Source: Minisyncoccota bacterium
Lineage (GTDB): Bacteria > Patescibacteriota > Minisyncoccia > UBA6257 > XYB1-36-10
Length of the DNA: 64,000 nucleotides
Assembly: GCA_041651415.1 (NCBI GenBank)
Contig: JBAZJH010000002.1
Coordinates: 111,075 to 175,074 of the forward strand
Direction of reading: 5' to 3'
The notes beneath the pieces were generated by a model. That model saw nothing but the letters and a program-made list of their open reading frames with translations. It did not search any database and was not told the origin of the DNA. Positions 1-9,611 of the stretch are shown one piece after another. The position numbers and the translations under genes are program-made. Each line of letters begins with the position of its first letter. Positions within the stretch are counted from its first letter, which is position 1.

Positions 1-23
1 GAGCGGCATTTTTAATTTCAGAA

Positions 24-980
24 TTGATAAGAAAAAAAACAATCGAAGTAAAAAATATTTTGGGGATTATTTCTTTAGGGGCAATTTTTCAATCAGCGGT
101 CGCCTTTTTCCAATTTAAGTTTCAAAAAAGCTTGGGATTATATTTTTTAGGAGAACCAATGTTAAGTTCAAACACTCCCGGAATAAGCAAAATAACAGCG
201 GATGGCGCAAAAATCATAAGAGCTTACGGAACTTTTTTACACCCGAATATTCTCTCGGCATTTTTAATAATGGGATTTTTAGCGCTTCTTTATTTTTATT
301 TTAAAAAAGAAAATTTGAAGGAAAAAATTTTAATACTTATCTTTTCTTATCCGGTTTTGCTCGCCATAATTTTGACTTTTTCAAGACAGGCGTGGATAGC
401 TCTTCTTATGTCAATTTTCTTTTTATCCATAATGATTATTTTGAAAAAGAAAATGACGGGAGTTAAAAAAATGATTCCTATTTTTCTAGCTTTAGTTTTT
501 GCAGTGATTCCGGCAAAAGATTTTATTTTAGAAAGAGCTCCGATTTCGACAAAGGAAGACGCGGTAACGGAAAGATTAGCCTATAACGAAATGGGAATCA
601 GTTTAATAAAAGAAAATCCATTCGGGAGCGGACTTGGAACACAAGTATCTTACGCTTATAAAAACGGATTTTATGAAAAATTCGGGATGACAAAAAGCTG
701 GCTTTGGCAGCCGATTCATAATATTTATTTATTAATTGCGAGCGAAACGGGGATTTTGGGAATAACGCTATTTCTAGCGTTTGTTTTGAGTTTGCTTATT
801 CCAATAAAAAAAATAAGTTTAGAAATAGCGGTCATAAAAATAAATTTTTTGGCGTTTTTGATAATCGGGATAAGCGACCACTTTTTTTGGACAATCGGAC
901 AGGGACAAATAATGCTTTGGCTTTTGATTGGACTTTTAATGCAAAATTCTTGTAAAATAGAAAATCAAGAGAGTATTTAA
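24..980 (+). CDS. O-antigen ligase/polymerase-like (Wzy_C/WaaL family) polytopic membrane protein; may be N-terminally truncated at the window edge
   Basis: Multiple hydrophobic helices; motif 'WQPIHNIYLLIASETGILG' resembles the Wzy_C H-N-x-Y-L...E-x-G signature. Confidence 0.55.
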   Translation: MIRKKTIEVKNILGIISLGAIFQSAVAFFQFKFQKSLGLYFLGEPMLSSNTPGISKITADGAKIIRAYGTFLHPNILSAFLIMGFLALLYFYFKKENLKEKILILIFSYPVLLAIILTFSRQAWIALLMSIFFLSIMIILKKKMTGVKKMIPIFLALVFAVIPAKDFILERAPISTKEDAVTERLAYNEMGISLIKENPFGSGLGTQVSYAYKNGFYEKFGMTKSWLWQPIHNIYLLIASETGILGITLFLAFVLSLLIPIKKISLEIAVIKINFLAFLIIGISDHFFWTIGQGQIMLWLLIGLLMQNSCKIENQESI

Positions 981-984
981 AAAA

Positions 985-1057
985 GGGCGGTTAGCTCAGC
1001 TGGTAGAGCATCTCGTTTACACCGAGAGGGTCACAGGTTCGAGTCCTGTACCGCCCA
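985..1057 (+). tRNA. tRNA-Val (anticodon TAC)
   Basis: Hand-folded cloverleaf: acceptor GGGCGGT/ACCGCCC, D-arm GCTC...GAGC, anticodon stem TCTCG/CGAGA with loop TTTACAC, T-arm ACAGG-TTCGAGT-CCTGT, discriminator A. Confidence 0.9.
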
Positions 1058-1099
1058 CAAGAAAGTTGTTTCTATTAATAGATATAAATCTTAAAAATA

Positions 1100-1128
1100 T
1101 TGACACTCCCCTATTAAGAGAGTAGAAT
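1100..1128 (+). promoter_or_regulatory. sigma-70-like promoter (TTGACA-17-TAGAAT)
   Basis: Consensus -35 and near-consensus -10 with 17-nt spacer, downstream of tRNA-Val and upstream of the small ORFs. Confidence 0.4.
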
Positions 1129-1244
1129 AAAAAAAGCACGGGAGGTTTTCCTTAAAAATTCAGAAGGGAGGGAAATGATGTTGGTTGAGGAAATAAGGAA
1201 GGCCTCAGATAGCACATTCTAAAAAAACACGGGAGACGCAAAAA

Positions 1245-1451
1245 ATGGGAAAATCAAAAGAACAAAACGACGGAATGGTGGTAATGGAAAAACCGAAGGC
1301 GCCGGAGGGAACGTGCCGATGCTGTGGCATAAAAATAGCAGTCGGCGAAGTAAAAAAGAGCGAACCTGGATATTGCTTATCTTGCTCTCAAAAAATATGG
1401 AGAGCAAGAAAAATCGGAGAAGGAACCTGTATTAAAATGGTTTTCGCCTGA
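1245..1451 (+). CDS. small Cys-rich (CxxC...CxxC) zinc-ribbon protein, hypothetical
   Basis: ORF with two CxxC pairs (CRCCG...CLSC); followed by a rho-independent terminator. Confidence 0.4.
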   Translation: MGKSKEQNDGMVVMEKPKAPEGTCRCCGIKIAVGEVKKSEPGYCLSCSQKIWRARKIGEGTCIKMVFA

Positions 1452-1459
1452 TAGCACAA

Positions 1460-1497
1460 TCCCCTGTCTCATATAAAATGAGGCAGGGGATTTTTTG
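1460..1497 (+). terminator. intrinsic terminator
   Basis: GC hairpin tcccctgtctc-loop-gaggcagggga followed by TTTTTTGTTT. Confidence 0.6.
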
Positions 1498-1536
1498 TTT
1501 GTTCGGAAGTTCGGCAATTGCCGAAGGAAAGGCAAA

Positions 1537-2012
1537 TTTGTTTCACGTGAAACAAATAAATTATATTATCAATAAGATAATAATGTATTTCTTCGACAAA
1601 CTCAGAAAGTAAGTCGAGTGTTTGACGTGAAACATTGTTTTTTATGATTGTTTATTTATGCGGTTTTTTATAAATAGTGTTTTACGTGAAACACTATTTT
1701 TATTTTTTAGGCAGTTTTAATGTTTAACGTGAAACATTGTAATTGCCTGTTTTGACGTTTCACGTGAAACAATTTTTTAGAATTGGCTTATTTATGAGAA
1801 TATCCGGTTAAAAATTAAAGAGAAGACAAAATTTAAATATTTTTAGTGTTTTACGTGAAACATTAAAAAGGAGAGAAAGAAGGTTTTTGAGGTGTTTTAA
1901 TTGTTTCACGTGAAACAATATTATAGATATCCTTTATTTATGCGGATATCGGGTTTCTTTTTTGAGTGATATAATGATTTTAAGATAGTTTTAATGTTTG
2001 ACGTGAAACATT
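1537..2012. repeat. parS: array of 8 parS (ParB/Spo0J-binding centromere) sites, each matching TGTTNNACGTGAAACA
   Basis: Eight 16-20 bp palindromes at about 1537-1556, 1617-1637, 1675-1696, 1721-1740, 1757-1776, 1844-1867, 1900-1919 and 1993-2012. Two are the perfect consensus TGTTTCACGTGAAACA; the rest differ only at position 6. Irregular 33-93 bp spacing. Confidence 0.7.
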
Positions 2013-2015
2013 GCA

Positions 2016-2414
2016 ATGGCTAAACATATAGAAATAGGACGAAAAGGAGAAGAAATCGCTTGTGGATATCTTTTAAAAAAAGGGTATAAGTTGGTAGAAA
2101 GAAATTATCGAGAAAAATATGGAGAAATTGATATTATCGCTATAAATAAGGCTAAAATCTTAGTTTTTGTTGAGGTTAAAACATTAAAAATAGCGAATAT
2201 TGCCGAAGTGGATAATTCGGCAAAATTGGGGATAACTCCGGAAGATAACCTAACGGGAGTAAAATTGGCTAAAGTTAGGAGAACTGCTGAATTCTATGCC
2301 AATAGCCATCCGGAATTTATAAAAGAGGGAAAAGGATGGCAAATAGATCTTCTAGCGATTTTTTCAGAGGAAGAAGGCAGATATTTAATAAGGCATTATG
2401 AGAATGCGTCATAA
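2016..2414 (+). CDS. YraN family (UPF0102) putative endonuclease
   Basis: 132-aa protein with the YraN pattern ...GEEIACGYLLKKGYKLVERNY...GEIDIIA...VFVEVK. Confidence 0.65.
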   Translation: MAKHIEIGRKGEEIACGYLLKKGYKLVERNYREKYGEIDIIAINKAKILVFVEVKTLKIANIAEVDNSAKLGITPEDNLTGVKLAKVRRTAEFYANSHPEFIKEGKGWQIDLLAIFSEEEGRYLIRHYENAS

Positions 2415-2784
2415 AAGTAAAAAGTTTTTAAAGTTAGTAAAGTTTAAAGAGGGAAGAGGGTTTGTTTGACAAATTATTTATTTTATATCGTGATAAAAAA
2501 GTAGCTTGGCGCACACCTTTCAAGGAAGATTTTTTATTGACAAAAGATTTAAGAGGAGTAGAATTATTTGTAAGTATGATCCGCTAATGATAAGCGGATT
2601 TGTTTTATATTTAGGGAGGTAAAAATTAAGGTATCCCCATGCCTACCGGTAGGCAGAGCAGGCAAGCTTCGACAAGTTCAGGGATTAAAGTAAAAAATAA
2701 AGTTTTTTAAATAGGTTTTAAAAATAAAAAATTATAATTAAAAAAATAAATATAGATTCCCGCTTGCGCGGGAATGACATAATT

Positions 2785-3945
2785 ATGGATTTAAAAGAAT
2801 TAGCAAAAATAGTGCGAATGCTGGCGGAAGAAAAAAAAATAGACGAGGGAAAAATAATCGAGGTGATTGAGGCATCGCTCGCCGCGGCTTACCGAAAAGA
2901 ATACGGGCATAAAGGAATGGCGGTAAAAGCGACTCTTGATTTAAAAACCGGAGAGGTTAATTTTAAACAAACCAAAACAGTGGTCGACGAAACAATGGTT
3001 CGAATAGTGGAAGAAGGAGAAGAAGAACAAACAGAAACAGCGCCGGAAGAAGACGGAGTTTTGCCAAGATATAATTCAGACAGACACATATTTTTAGAAG
3101 AAGCGAAAAAAATAAAAAAGGACGCAAAATTGGAAGATGAAATTTCTTTTCCGCTCGAAGCGCCAAAAGAAGAGTTCGGAAGAATTGCGGCGCAAACCGC
3201 TAAACAAAATATTTTACAAAGATTAAGAGAAGTGGAAAGAGAATCTATAACGGATGAATTTAAAGGAAAAGAGGAAGCGATTATAAGCGGAACAGTAAGA
3301 AGGTTTGAAAGAGGAAGCGTTTACGTTGATTTAGGAAGAGCAGAAGGAGTGATGTTTGCAAGCGAATCAATGCCCGGAGAACATTACAGAATAGGGGAGA
3401 GATTAAAATTTTTTATTATCGCCGTGCAAAGCGAGGGAAGAGGGGCGGGAATTATTTTATCAAGAAGACATCCGAAATTCATAAGCAAGCTTTTTGAAAC
3501 GGAAGTGCCGGAAATCGCAGACGGAACCGTGGAAATAAAAGCAATCGCGAGAGAAGCGGGAAGCAGAACAAAAGTGGCGGTGTTTTCCAACGATGAAAGC
3601 GTGGATGCCGTCGGAAGCTTTGTGGGGCAACGCGGAACAAGAGTGATGGCGGTGAATAATGAAATCGGACAGGAAAAATTAGACATCATAGAATGGTCGG
3701 AAAATCCGGAAGTGTTTGTGACGCATGCTTTGTCTCCAGCAAAAGTTTCCAGAGTGGAAATGGGAGACAGAAGAGAGATTGTGGTTTTTGTTCCGGAAGA
3801 CCAATTGTCGCTTGCAATCGGAAGAGGCGGACAAAATGTGAGATTGGCGGCGAAACTTACCGGATTAAAGATAGACGTGCGGTCGGAATCAAATCCAGAA
3901 GAAAAGATAGAAGGCGGAATAGCAGAAGCGGAAGAGGAAGTTTAA
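2785..3945 (+). CDS. nusA: transcription termination/antitermination factor NusA
   Basis: N-terminal MDLKELAKIV...IEASLAAAYRKEYG, S1 and KH-like regions. Start moved to the Met at 2785, which fits the NusA N-terminus better than the track start at 2764. Confidence 0.85.
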   Translation: MDLKELAKIVRMLAEEKKIDEGKIIEVIEASLAAAYRKEYGHKGMAVKATLDLKTGEVNFKQTKTVVDETMVRIVEEGEEEQTETAPEEDGVLPRYNSDRHIFLEEAKKIKKDAKLEDEISFPLEAPKEEFGRIAAQTAKQNILQRLREVERESITDEFKGKEEAIISGTVRRFERGSVYVDLGRAEGVMFASESMPGEHYRIGERLKFFIIAVQSEGRGAGIILSRRHPKFISKLFETEVPEIADGTVEIKAIAREAGSRTKVAVFSNDESVDAVGSFVGQRGTRVMAVNNEIGQEKLDIIEWSENPEVFVTHALSPAKVSRVEMGDRREIVVFVPEDQLSLAIGRGGQNVRLAAKLTGLKIDVRSESNPEEKIEGGIAEAEEEV

Positions 3946-4074
3946 ATAATGTAATCCTTCAACAAGCTCAGAAACTAATAGTCGTTTTACTTTATTCAAA
4001 TAGACCGAGCAGAAAAAAAGTTGAAAAAAACAAAAAAATCAATTATAAGTTTCTTAAAATTAAACCAATAAATT

Positions 4075-6069
4075 ATGATTAATTATTTAATATTTGTTCC
4101 AGTCGCGGCAGCTCTTTTATACAGCGTCTATTTAATATTGTGGATAAAGAAGCAAAAACCAGGGAACGAAAAGATGGAAAAAATATCAAGAGCGATATTA
4201 GAGGGTTCAAGAGCTTATTTAAACAGGCAATATAAAACAGTGGCAGCAGTAGCAATAGTTTTATATTTAATCATTTGGTATGCCTTAGGAATAACAACGG
4301 CCGCCGGATTTTTAACCGGAGCCATAGCTTCAGCTTTAGCCGGATACATCGGAATGAATGTGGCGGTGAAATCAAATTCAAAAACCACAGCGGCGGCGGA
4401 AAACGGATTAAAGAGCGCTTTAAATTTAGCCTTTAAGGCAGGGTCCGTGACCGGATTTATGGTGGTGGCTTTGGCGCTTCTTGCGGTGGCTTCATTTTAT
4501 ATTTACACAAAAGAAATAAGCGCGCTTATCGGACTTGGATTCGGAGCAAGCTTAATTTCAATTTTTGCAAGATTAGGAGGAGGAATTTATACAAAAGGAG
4601 CGGATGTCGGAGCAGACTTAGTGGGAAAGGTGGAAGCGGGAATTCCGGAAGACGACCCGAGAAATCCAGCCGTGATAGCCGACAACGTAGGAGACAACGT
4701 GGGTGATTGCGCGGGAATGGCGGCAGACCTTTTTGAAACTTATGCCGTAACAATAACGGCGGCGATTTTACTCGGAACATCGGTTCTTTCATCGGGCGCA
4801 GGAAGCATTTACACAACTTTTCCTTTAGTTCTCGGAGGACTCGCGATTATTGCTTCCATAATCGGTTCATGGTTTGTGAGAGCGGGAAAAGAAGACGACC
4901 TTTCAGCCACAAATATTATGGGAGCTCTTTATAAAGGGCTGTGGGCGTCTCTTATAATTTCAGGAATATTTTTCTTTTACGCTTCAAAATATTTTTTCCA
5001 AGAAAATTATGAAAATATTTTTTATTCATCTTTGATCGGACTCATAGTGACAATATTGATGGTTTTGGCAACCGATTTTTACACTTCAAAAAAATACAGA
5101 CCGGTTAAAGAAATCGCCAAGTCATCAAATTCCGGACATGGAACAAACATAATCATGGGACTTTCAATCGGAATGGAAGCAACAGTTATACCAATCTTAA
5201 TAATTACAGCCGGAATGCTTGCTAGTTTTTATTTAAACGGAATTTATGGGGTGGCGATAGCGGCCGTCGGAATGCTGTCGGTGGCTGGGATAGTGGTGGC
5301 AATAGATTCATTCGGACCGATAACCGACAATGCCGGAGGAATAGCAGAGATGTCGGAGGCGCCTGAAAAGATCAGAAGAGTAACAGACGCGCTTGACGCC
5401 GTCGGAAACACGACAAAAGCGGTAACAAAAGGATACGCCATCGCTTCGGCTGGACTTGCGGCTATAGTGCTTTTTTCCGGATATGTGGAAGAATTGGCAA
5501 AAATGGCGAAAGAAGCAACATTTGGATTAGAAAATCCATATATTTTAGCCGGATTGTTTTTAGGAGCAGCAGTGCCTTATTTATTTGCTTCTATCGCAAT
5601 GAAAGCGGTAGGAAAGACAGCCGGTTCGGTAGTGGATGAAGTGAGAAGACAATTTAAAGAAAAACCGGGAATAATGGATTTTAAAGAAAAACCGGATTAT
5701 GGAAAAGCGGTGGATATTGTGACAAAGGCAGCCATAAAAGAAATGGTGTGGCCGGCTCTTATTCCAATAGTAACAGTTGTGGCAGTGGGACTTATTCTTG
5801 GCGCAGAAGCTTTGGGAGGATTTTTAATCGGTTCAATAATTACCGGAATGTTTGTGGCTTTATCAATGACTTCAGGAGGAGCGGCTTGGGATAATGCCAA
5901 AAAGTTTATAGAAGACGGAAATTACGGCGGAAAAGGGTCAGAAGCCCACAAGGCGGCAGTGACCGGAGACACAGTAGGAGACCCATATAAAGACACAGCG
6001 GGACCGGCGATAAATCCTTTAATAAAAGTGATGAATATTATTGCTCTTCTTTTGGCTAAATTTCTCTAA
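4075..6069 (+). CDS. hppA: membrane-bound H+/Na+-translocating pyrophosphatase
   Basis: 664 aa with ~15 TM helices and signature motifs [20 protein letters not shown] and DNVGDNVGD. Confidence 0.9.
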   Translation: MINYLIFVPVAAALLYSVYLILWIKKQKPGNEKMEKISRAILEGSRAYLNRQYKTVAAVAIVLYLIIWYALGITTAAGFLTGAIASALAGYIGMNVAVKSNSKTTAAAENGLKSALNLAFKAGSVTGFMVVALALLAVASFYIYTKEISALIGLGFGASLISIFARLGGGIYTKGADVGADLVGKVEAGIPEDDPRNPAVIADNVGDNVGDCAGMAADLFETYAVTITAAILLGTSVLSSGAGSIYTTFPLVLGGLAIIASIIGSWFVRAGKEDDLSATNIMGALYKGLWASLIISGIFFFYASKYFFQENYENIFYSSLIGLIVTILMVLATDFYTSKKYRPVKEIAKSSNSGHGTNIIMGLSIGMEATVIPILIITAGMLASFYLNGIYGVAIAAVGMLSVAGIVVAIDSFGPITDNAGGIAEMSEAPEKIRRVTDALDAVGNTTKAVTKGYAIASAGLAAIVLFSGYVEELAKMAKEATFGLENPYILAGLFLGAAVPYLFASIAMKAVGKTAGSVVDEVRRQFKEKPGIMDFKEKPDYGKAVDIVTKAAIKEMVWPALIPIVTVVAVGLILGAEALGGFLIGSIITGMFVALSMTSGGAAWDNAKKFIEDGNYGGKGSEAHKAAVTGDTVGDPYKDTAGPAINPLIKVMNIIALLLAKFL

Positions 6070-6072
6070 AAT

Positions 6073-7116
6073 ATGGATTTAAAGATAAATAAAAAAAGCG
6101 GCTCAGAGGCCGAAGTGGAAGCATCACTCACCGAAGAAGAGTTCGGAGAGTTTTTTGAAAACTCAGCCCGAGACGAAATGGCAAAGGTGGAAATAAAAGG
6201 ATTCAGAAAAGGACAAGCGCCGGAAAAAATAGCCAGAGAATATATCAACTATGATAAAGCGTTTGAAAAGGCGGCGGAAAGAGCGATAAAGGCAATTTTA
6301 AAAAAAGCGACGGAAGAAAACGAATGGGATTTGATAGACGCGCCGAAAGTGGAAATTTTAGAAGCAAAAGAAGGATTTAAATTTAAAGCGAATTTGGTTT
6401 TTTTGCCGGAAGTAAAATTAAACGATTATAAAAAAATCGCGAAGGAGGCAAACAAAGAAGCAAAAGAAAAAATAGAAAAAATAACAGTGGAAAAGAAGGA
6501 GGTGGAAGAAGCGGTTGATTGGCTGATGCATTCAAGGGAACACGACCACAAAGAAGGAGAAAAATGCGAGCACCAAGAGGAAGAAAAAAAAGAATTGACC
6601 GACGAGATGGCTAAGACTTTCGGAGATTTTAAAACAGCGGAAGAACTTAAAAAAAGCATTGAAGAAGGAATAAAAGCGGAAAAAATAATAAGGGAAGCCG
6701 ACAAAAACAGGGCAAAAATAATAAATAAGATTTCAGAAGAAGCTAAAATAGACGTGCCGGAAGTGATGATAAAAAAGATGGCAGAAAATATGAAAGAAGA
6801 AATAAAAGAAAGTTTAGGAGGAGAAGAGAAGTATAATGAGTATATAAAAAAGAATTTTGAAGGGAAAGAAGATGAGCTTTTAAAAAAATTCAGCGACCAA
6901 TCATTAAAAGAAATAAAAGCTCATTTAATAATTGATGAGATAGCAAGAGGGGAGAGAGTGATGCCGGAAGAAAAAGAAGTGGAAGAAGAAATGACAAAGA
7001 TATTAAACACAGTGGCGCCAGATAAAAGAAGCGAAGCAAATTTAAAAAGAATTTACGATTATAGTTTCGGAAAAGTAAAAAATGAAAAGGTTTTCAAATT
7101 TTTAGAAAAAATTTAA
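6073..7116 (+). CDS. tig: trigger factor, short form apparently lacking the FKBP PPIase domain
   Basis: N-terminal ribosome-binding signature GFRKGQAP (TF 'GFRxGxxP'); immediately upstream of clpP as in the conserved tig-clpP order; only 347 aa. Confidence 0.65.
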   Translation: MDLKINKKSGSEAEVEASLTEEEFGEFFENSARDEMAKVEIKGFRKGQAPEKIAREYINYDKAFEKAAERAIKAILKKATEENEWDLIDAPKVEILEAKEGFKFKANLVFLPEVKLNDYKKIAKEANKEAKEKIEKITVEKKEVEEAVDWLMHSREHDHKEGEKCEHQEEEKKELTDEMAKTFGDFKTAEELKKSIEEGIKAEKIIREADKNRAKIINKISEEAKIDVPEVMIKKMAENMKEEIKESLGGEEKYNEYIKKNFEGKEDELLKKFSDQSLKEIKAHLIIDEIARGERVMPEEKEVEEEMTKILNTVAPDKRSEANLKRIYDYSFGKVKNEKVFKFLEKI

Positions 7117-7120
7117 AAAT

Positions 7121-7708
7121 ATGAATTTAATACCAACAGTTATAGAAAAAACAAGCGGAGGAGAAAGGGCTTACGATATTTATTCAAGATTGCTTAAAGA
7201 AAGAATAATTTTTCTTGGCGGACCGATAAACGACGCCATAGCCAACACGATAATCGCTCAATTAATACTTCTAGAGCATGAAGACCCAAAGAAAGACATA
7301 AAGCTTTACATCAATAGCCCAGGCGGGTCAGTGACGGCAGGAATGGCAATTTATGACACGATGCAAATAATAAAGCCGGACGTAACAACTGTGTGCGTGG
7401 GAATGGCAGCTTCAATGGCGGCGGTATTGCTTGCGGCTGGAAAAAAAGGAAAAAGAATCGCTTTGCCAAATTCAGTGATTTTACTGCATCAGGTGATGGG
7501 AGGAGTGGAGGGACAAGCGACAGAAATAGAGATAACCGCAAGACAGATATTAAAAATCAAACAAAGATTAAATGAGATTTTAGCGAAACACACCGGACAA
7601 TCCTTATCTAAAATAGAGAAAGACACAGACCGAGATTTTTATATGAGCTCAGAAGAAGCAAAAAAATACGGAGTGATAGATGAAATAATAAAGAGTAATA
7701 AGAAATAG
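7121..7708 (+). CDS. clpP: ATP-dependent Clp protease proteolytic subunit
   Basis: [56 protein letters not shown] is canonical ClpP with the catalytic Ser context. Confidence 0.9.
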   Translation: MNLIPTVIEKTSGGERAYDIYSRLLKERIIFLGGPINDAIANTIIAQLILLEHEDPKKDIKLYINSPGGSVTAGMAIYDTMQIIKPDVTTVCVGMAASMAAVLLAAGKKGKRIALPNSVILLHQVMGGVEGQATEIEITARQILKIKQRLNEILAKHTGQSLSKIEKDTDRDFYMSSEEAKKYGVIDEIIKSNKK

Positions 7709-7732
7709 GGAACAGAAAGGTAAAAAAATCTA

Positions 7733-8167
7733 TTATTCTAAAATCGGTTTAATGACAACATGACGCATTTTTCCTTCGCCTTCGCTTTCAGTTTTAATAT
7801 CGGGGCGCATGGCAAGTTCCATATGAATAAGACGCCTTTCGTAAGAATTCATAATAGGGAGAGCAATAATGTCCTTAGTCATTAAAGCTTTTCTCGCGGC
7901 GGCTTTAGCCAGTTCGGCAATTATTTTTTCTCTTTCCAAACGATAATTATTGACATCGACAGTAAAAGCAGGGGAGTTCAATCTTCGGCTAACCAGCTGA
8001 CCAAGAAGATTAAAGTTTTCAATAATTCCCGGAATGTTTTTTTTGATTAAAGGGTCTTCGCTTAAAAAAAGACTGAGGCGGCGGCCTTCTTCATTTATTT
8101 CAACGCTAAATTCACCGATGTTCATCAGTCTTAAGAGTTCCTCGAAGATTTTCTTTATCTCGGTCAT
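7733..8167 (-). CDS. jag: Jag/KhpB-like R3H-domain RNA-binding protein
   Basis: C-terminal R3H motif (YERRLIHMEL); located downstream of yidC as in the classical rpmH-rnpA-yidC-jag cluster. Confidence 0.7.
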   Translation of the reverse strand: MTEIKKIFEELLRLMNIGEFSVEINEEGRRLSLFLSEDPLIKKNIPGIIENFNLLGQLVSRRLNSPAFTVDVNNYRLEREKIIAELAKAAARKALMTKDIIALPIMNSYERRLIHMELAMRPDIKTESEGEGKMRHVVIKPILE

Positions 8168-8864
8168 TTTTTTTAAGAGAATTATTGATAATTATCTGTT
8201 GAAGAGAAGAAAAGATGGAAGTGGTTATCCAATAAAGCCCAACAACGGAAGGAAGGCTATAGAGAATAAAAAAGGTCAAAAAAGGACCGATTAAAACCAT
8301 CTTTTTCCCTAAATCCTCCGCCGGGTTTTGTGATTTACCGCGAGAAGCGGGAAGACTTAGCCAGCCTTGAAAGTATTGAAAAGCAGCCGCTAAGACAACA
8401 ACAATAATACTAGGTTCTTTTAAATTTATCAAGCCAAGAAAAGAAAAATTAAAACTTTCCGGCTTAGGAACAAAAGAATAGAGGAGGGAAAAACTATCAG
8501 TTGAAGAAAGCCCATAATAAAAAACGTGAAAAAGGGCTAAAAGAATAGGGAGCTGAATCAGCAAAAGAAGAATGCCGGAAAAAGGATTAATCTTATTTTC
8601 CTTATAAATTTCCATTATTCTTTTTACTTGCTCCTCTTTATTATCTTTGAAATTATCAGAAATTTCTTTTATTTTAGGCTGAATTTTTTGAATAATAGCC
8701 TGATTTTTACTGCCTTTATGAAAAAGAGGGAAGAGAATTAAGCGAATAAAGACAGTTAAAAGAATAACCGCCAAACCAAGGTCTTCAAAAGAAATAAAAT
8801 CATAAATAAAAACTAAAGCGTTTAAAAGAGGACGATAAAGAAATTCATTATATAAAAAGGACAT
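8112..8864 (-). CDS. yidC: membrane protein insertase YidC/Oxa1 family
   Basis: 250-aa polytopic membrane protein adjacent to rnpA; YidC-like core helices. Confidence 0.8.
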   Translation of the reverse strand: MSFLYNEFLYRPLLNALVFIYDFISFEDLGLAVILLTVFIRLILFPLFHKGSKNQAIIQKIQPKIKEISDNFKDNKEEQVKRIMEIYKENKINPFSGILLLLIQLPILLALFHVFYYGLSSTDSFSLLYSFVPKPESFNFSFLGLINLKEPSIIVVVLAAAFQYFQGWLSLPASRGKSQNPAEDLGKKMVLIGPFLTFFILYSLPSVVGLYWITTSIFSSLQQIIINNSLKKNDRDKENLRGTLKTDEHR

Positions 8865-8868
8865 TTTA

Positions 8869-9207
8869 TTATTTTAGGCTCTCAAAGGCTGTTTTTAAAC
8901 AGTCTAAAAATATTTTTATGCCAAGAACCGACTTAGAAGAGGGGTTAATTATGATTAAAGTGTCATTTCCTTTAGGAAGAGATGGAAGATTGAGTCGAAT
9001 CCATTCAAAAATAGCTCTTTTTAACTTATTGCGATAAACCGATCTTTTATCGTATTTTGAGGAAATAATAAGGTTAAATCTGCTAAAATCCTTATTATTA
9101 GGGATTATTTTAAGAGAGAGATGACTTTTTTTAACGATTTTTAAGGGGGAAGCTTTTTTAAAGCTTTCAACAGAAAACTTATATTTTTTCTTTAACATAA
9201 AAGCCAA
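8869..9207 (-). CDS. rnpA: ribonuclease P protein component
   Basis: 112-aa basic protein with the RnpA-like motif KLKRAIFEWIR; lies between rpmH and yidC. Confidence 0.75.
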   Translation of the reverse strand: MAFMLKKKYKFSVESFKKASPLKIVKKSHLSLKIIPNNKDFSRFNLIISSKYDKRSVYRNKLKRAIFEWIRLNLPSLPKGNDTLIIINPSSKSVLGIKIFLDCLKTAFESLK

Positions 9208-9210
9208 AAA

Positions 9211-9345
9211 CTAAACAGAAAGCTTTTTTCTTCCTTTTCTTCTTCTGTTTTTTAGAACTTTTCTGCCAGTCGGACTCTTTTTTCTGACTAAAAAGCCGTG
9301 GGTTTTGCTTCTTTTTCTCTTTTTTGGTTGATAAGTTTGAGACAT
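9211..9345 (-). CDS. rpmH: 50S ribosomal protein L34
   Basis: Hand translation of the minus strand gives [44 protein letters not shown] (44 aa), a classic L34. The ORF-track entry 9179..9364 is a different, spurious frame. Confidence 0.85.
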   Translation of the reverse strand: MSQTYQPKKRKRSKTHGFLVRKKSPTGRKVLKNRRRKGRKKLSV

Positions 9346-9443
9346 AACCAGTTAAATTTAACATTGAAGAATTTTTTTTGCAAATTTTGGCAAGTTATTA
9401 CCTTTTAAAACAAAAAACATGGGTTTGTAAAATAATTTTAATG

Positions 9444-9452
9444 ATATCCACA
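9444..9452 (+). promoter_or_regulatory. DnaA box (ATATCCACA, 8/9 match to TTATCCACA) in the rpmH-dnaA intergenic region
   Basis: Sequence match in the 266-bp AT-rich spacer between rpmH and dnaA. Confidence 0.4.
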
Positions 9453-9611
9453 GGAAATGCACAAAAGGGGAAAAAACGGTTTTTTGAACTTTGAGGAGTA
9501 TGAGAGTAAAATGTGAGGAGATTTTGTTTTTCGTTAAAAAAAAATAATTTTTATTGAATAATTTTAGAAATATTTAACGGGGTAAATTATAATTTTAAAA
9601 AAATAAAAAAT

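Noticed and set aside
1537-2012. Possible CRISPR array or iterons, considered for the eight repeated palindromes
   Set aside because: Repeats are 16-20 bp perfect palindromes with irregular 33-93 bp spacing and no constant-length spacers, which does not fit a CRISPR array; no cas genes nearby. The palindrome equals the parS consensus, so they are interpreted as ParB sites rather than DnaA-type iterons.
2600-2700. Possible 21-codon leader ORF (MPTGRQSRQASTSSGIKVKNKVF) upstream of nusA
   Set aside because: RBS spacing poor (~18 nt) and no conservation evidence. Kept only as a note, together with the GC hairpin attcccgc-ttgc-gcgggaat abutting the nusA start, which might be regulatory.
3693-4082. 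129-aa plus-strand ORF overlapping the nusA 3' end
   Set aside because: Arg/Lys/Ser-rich alternative frame of nusA with no RBS; the intergenic part is A-rich filler before hppA.
9179-9364. 61-aa minus-strand ORF from the six-frame track ([19 protein letters not shown]...)
   Set aside because: Low-complexity Lys-rich translation in the wrong frame; the same DNA in another frame encodes a textbook ribosomal protein L34 (9211-9345).
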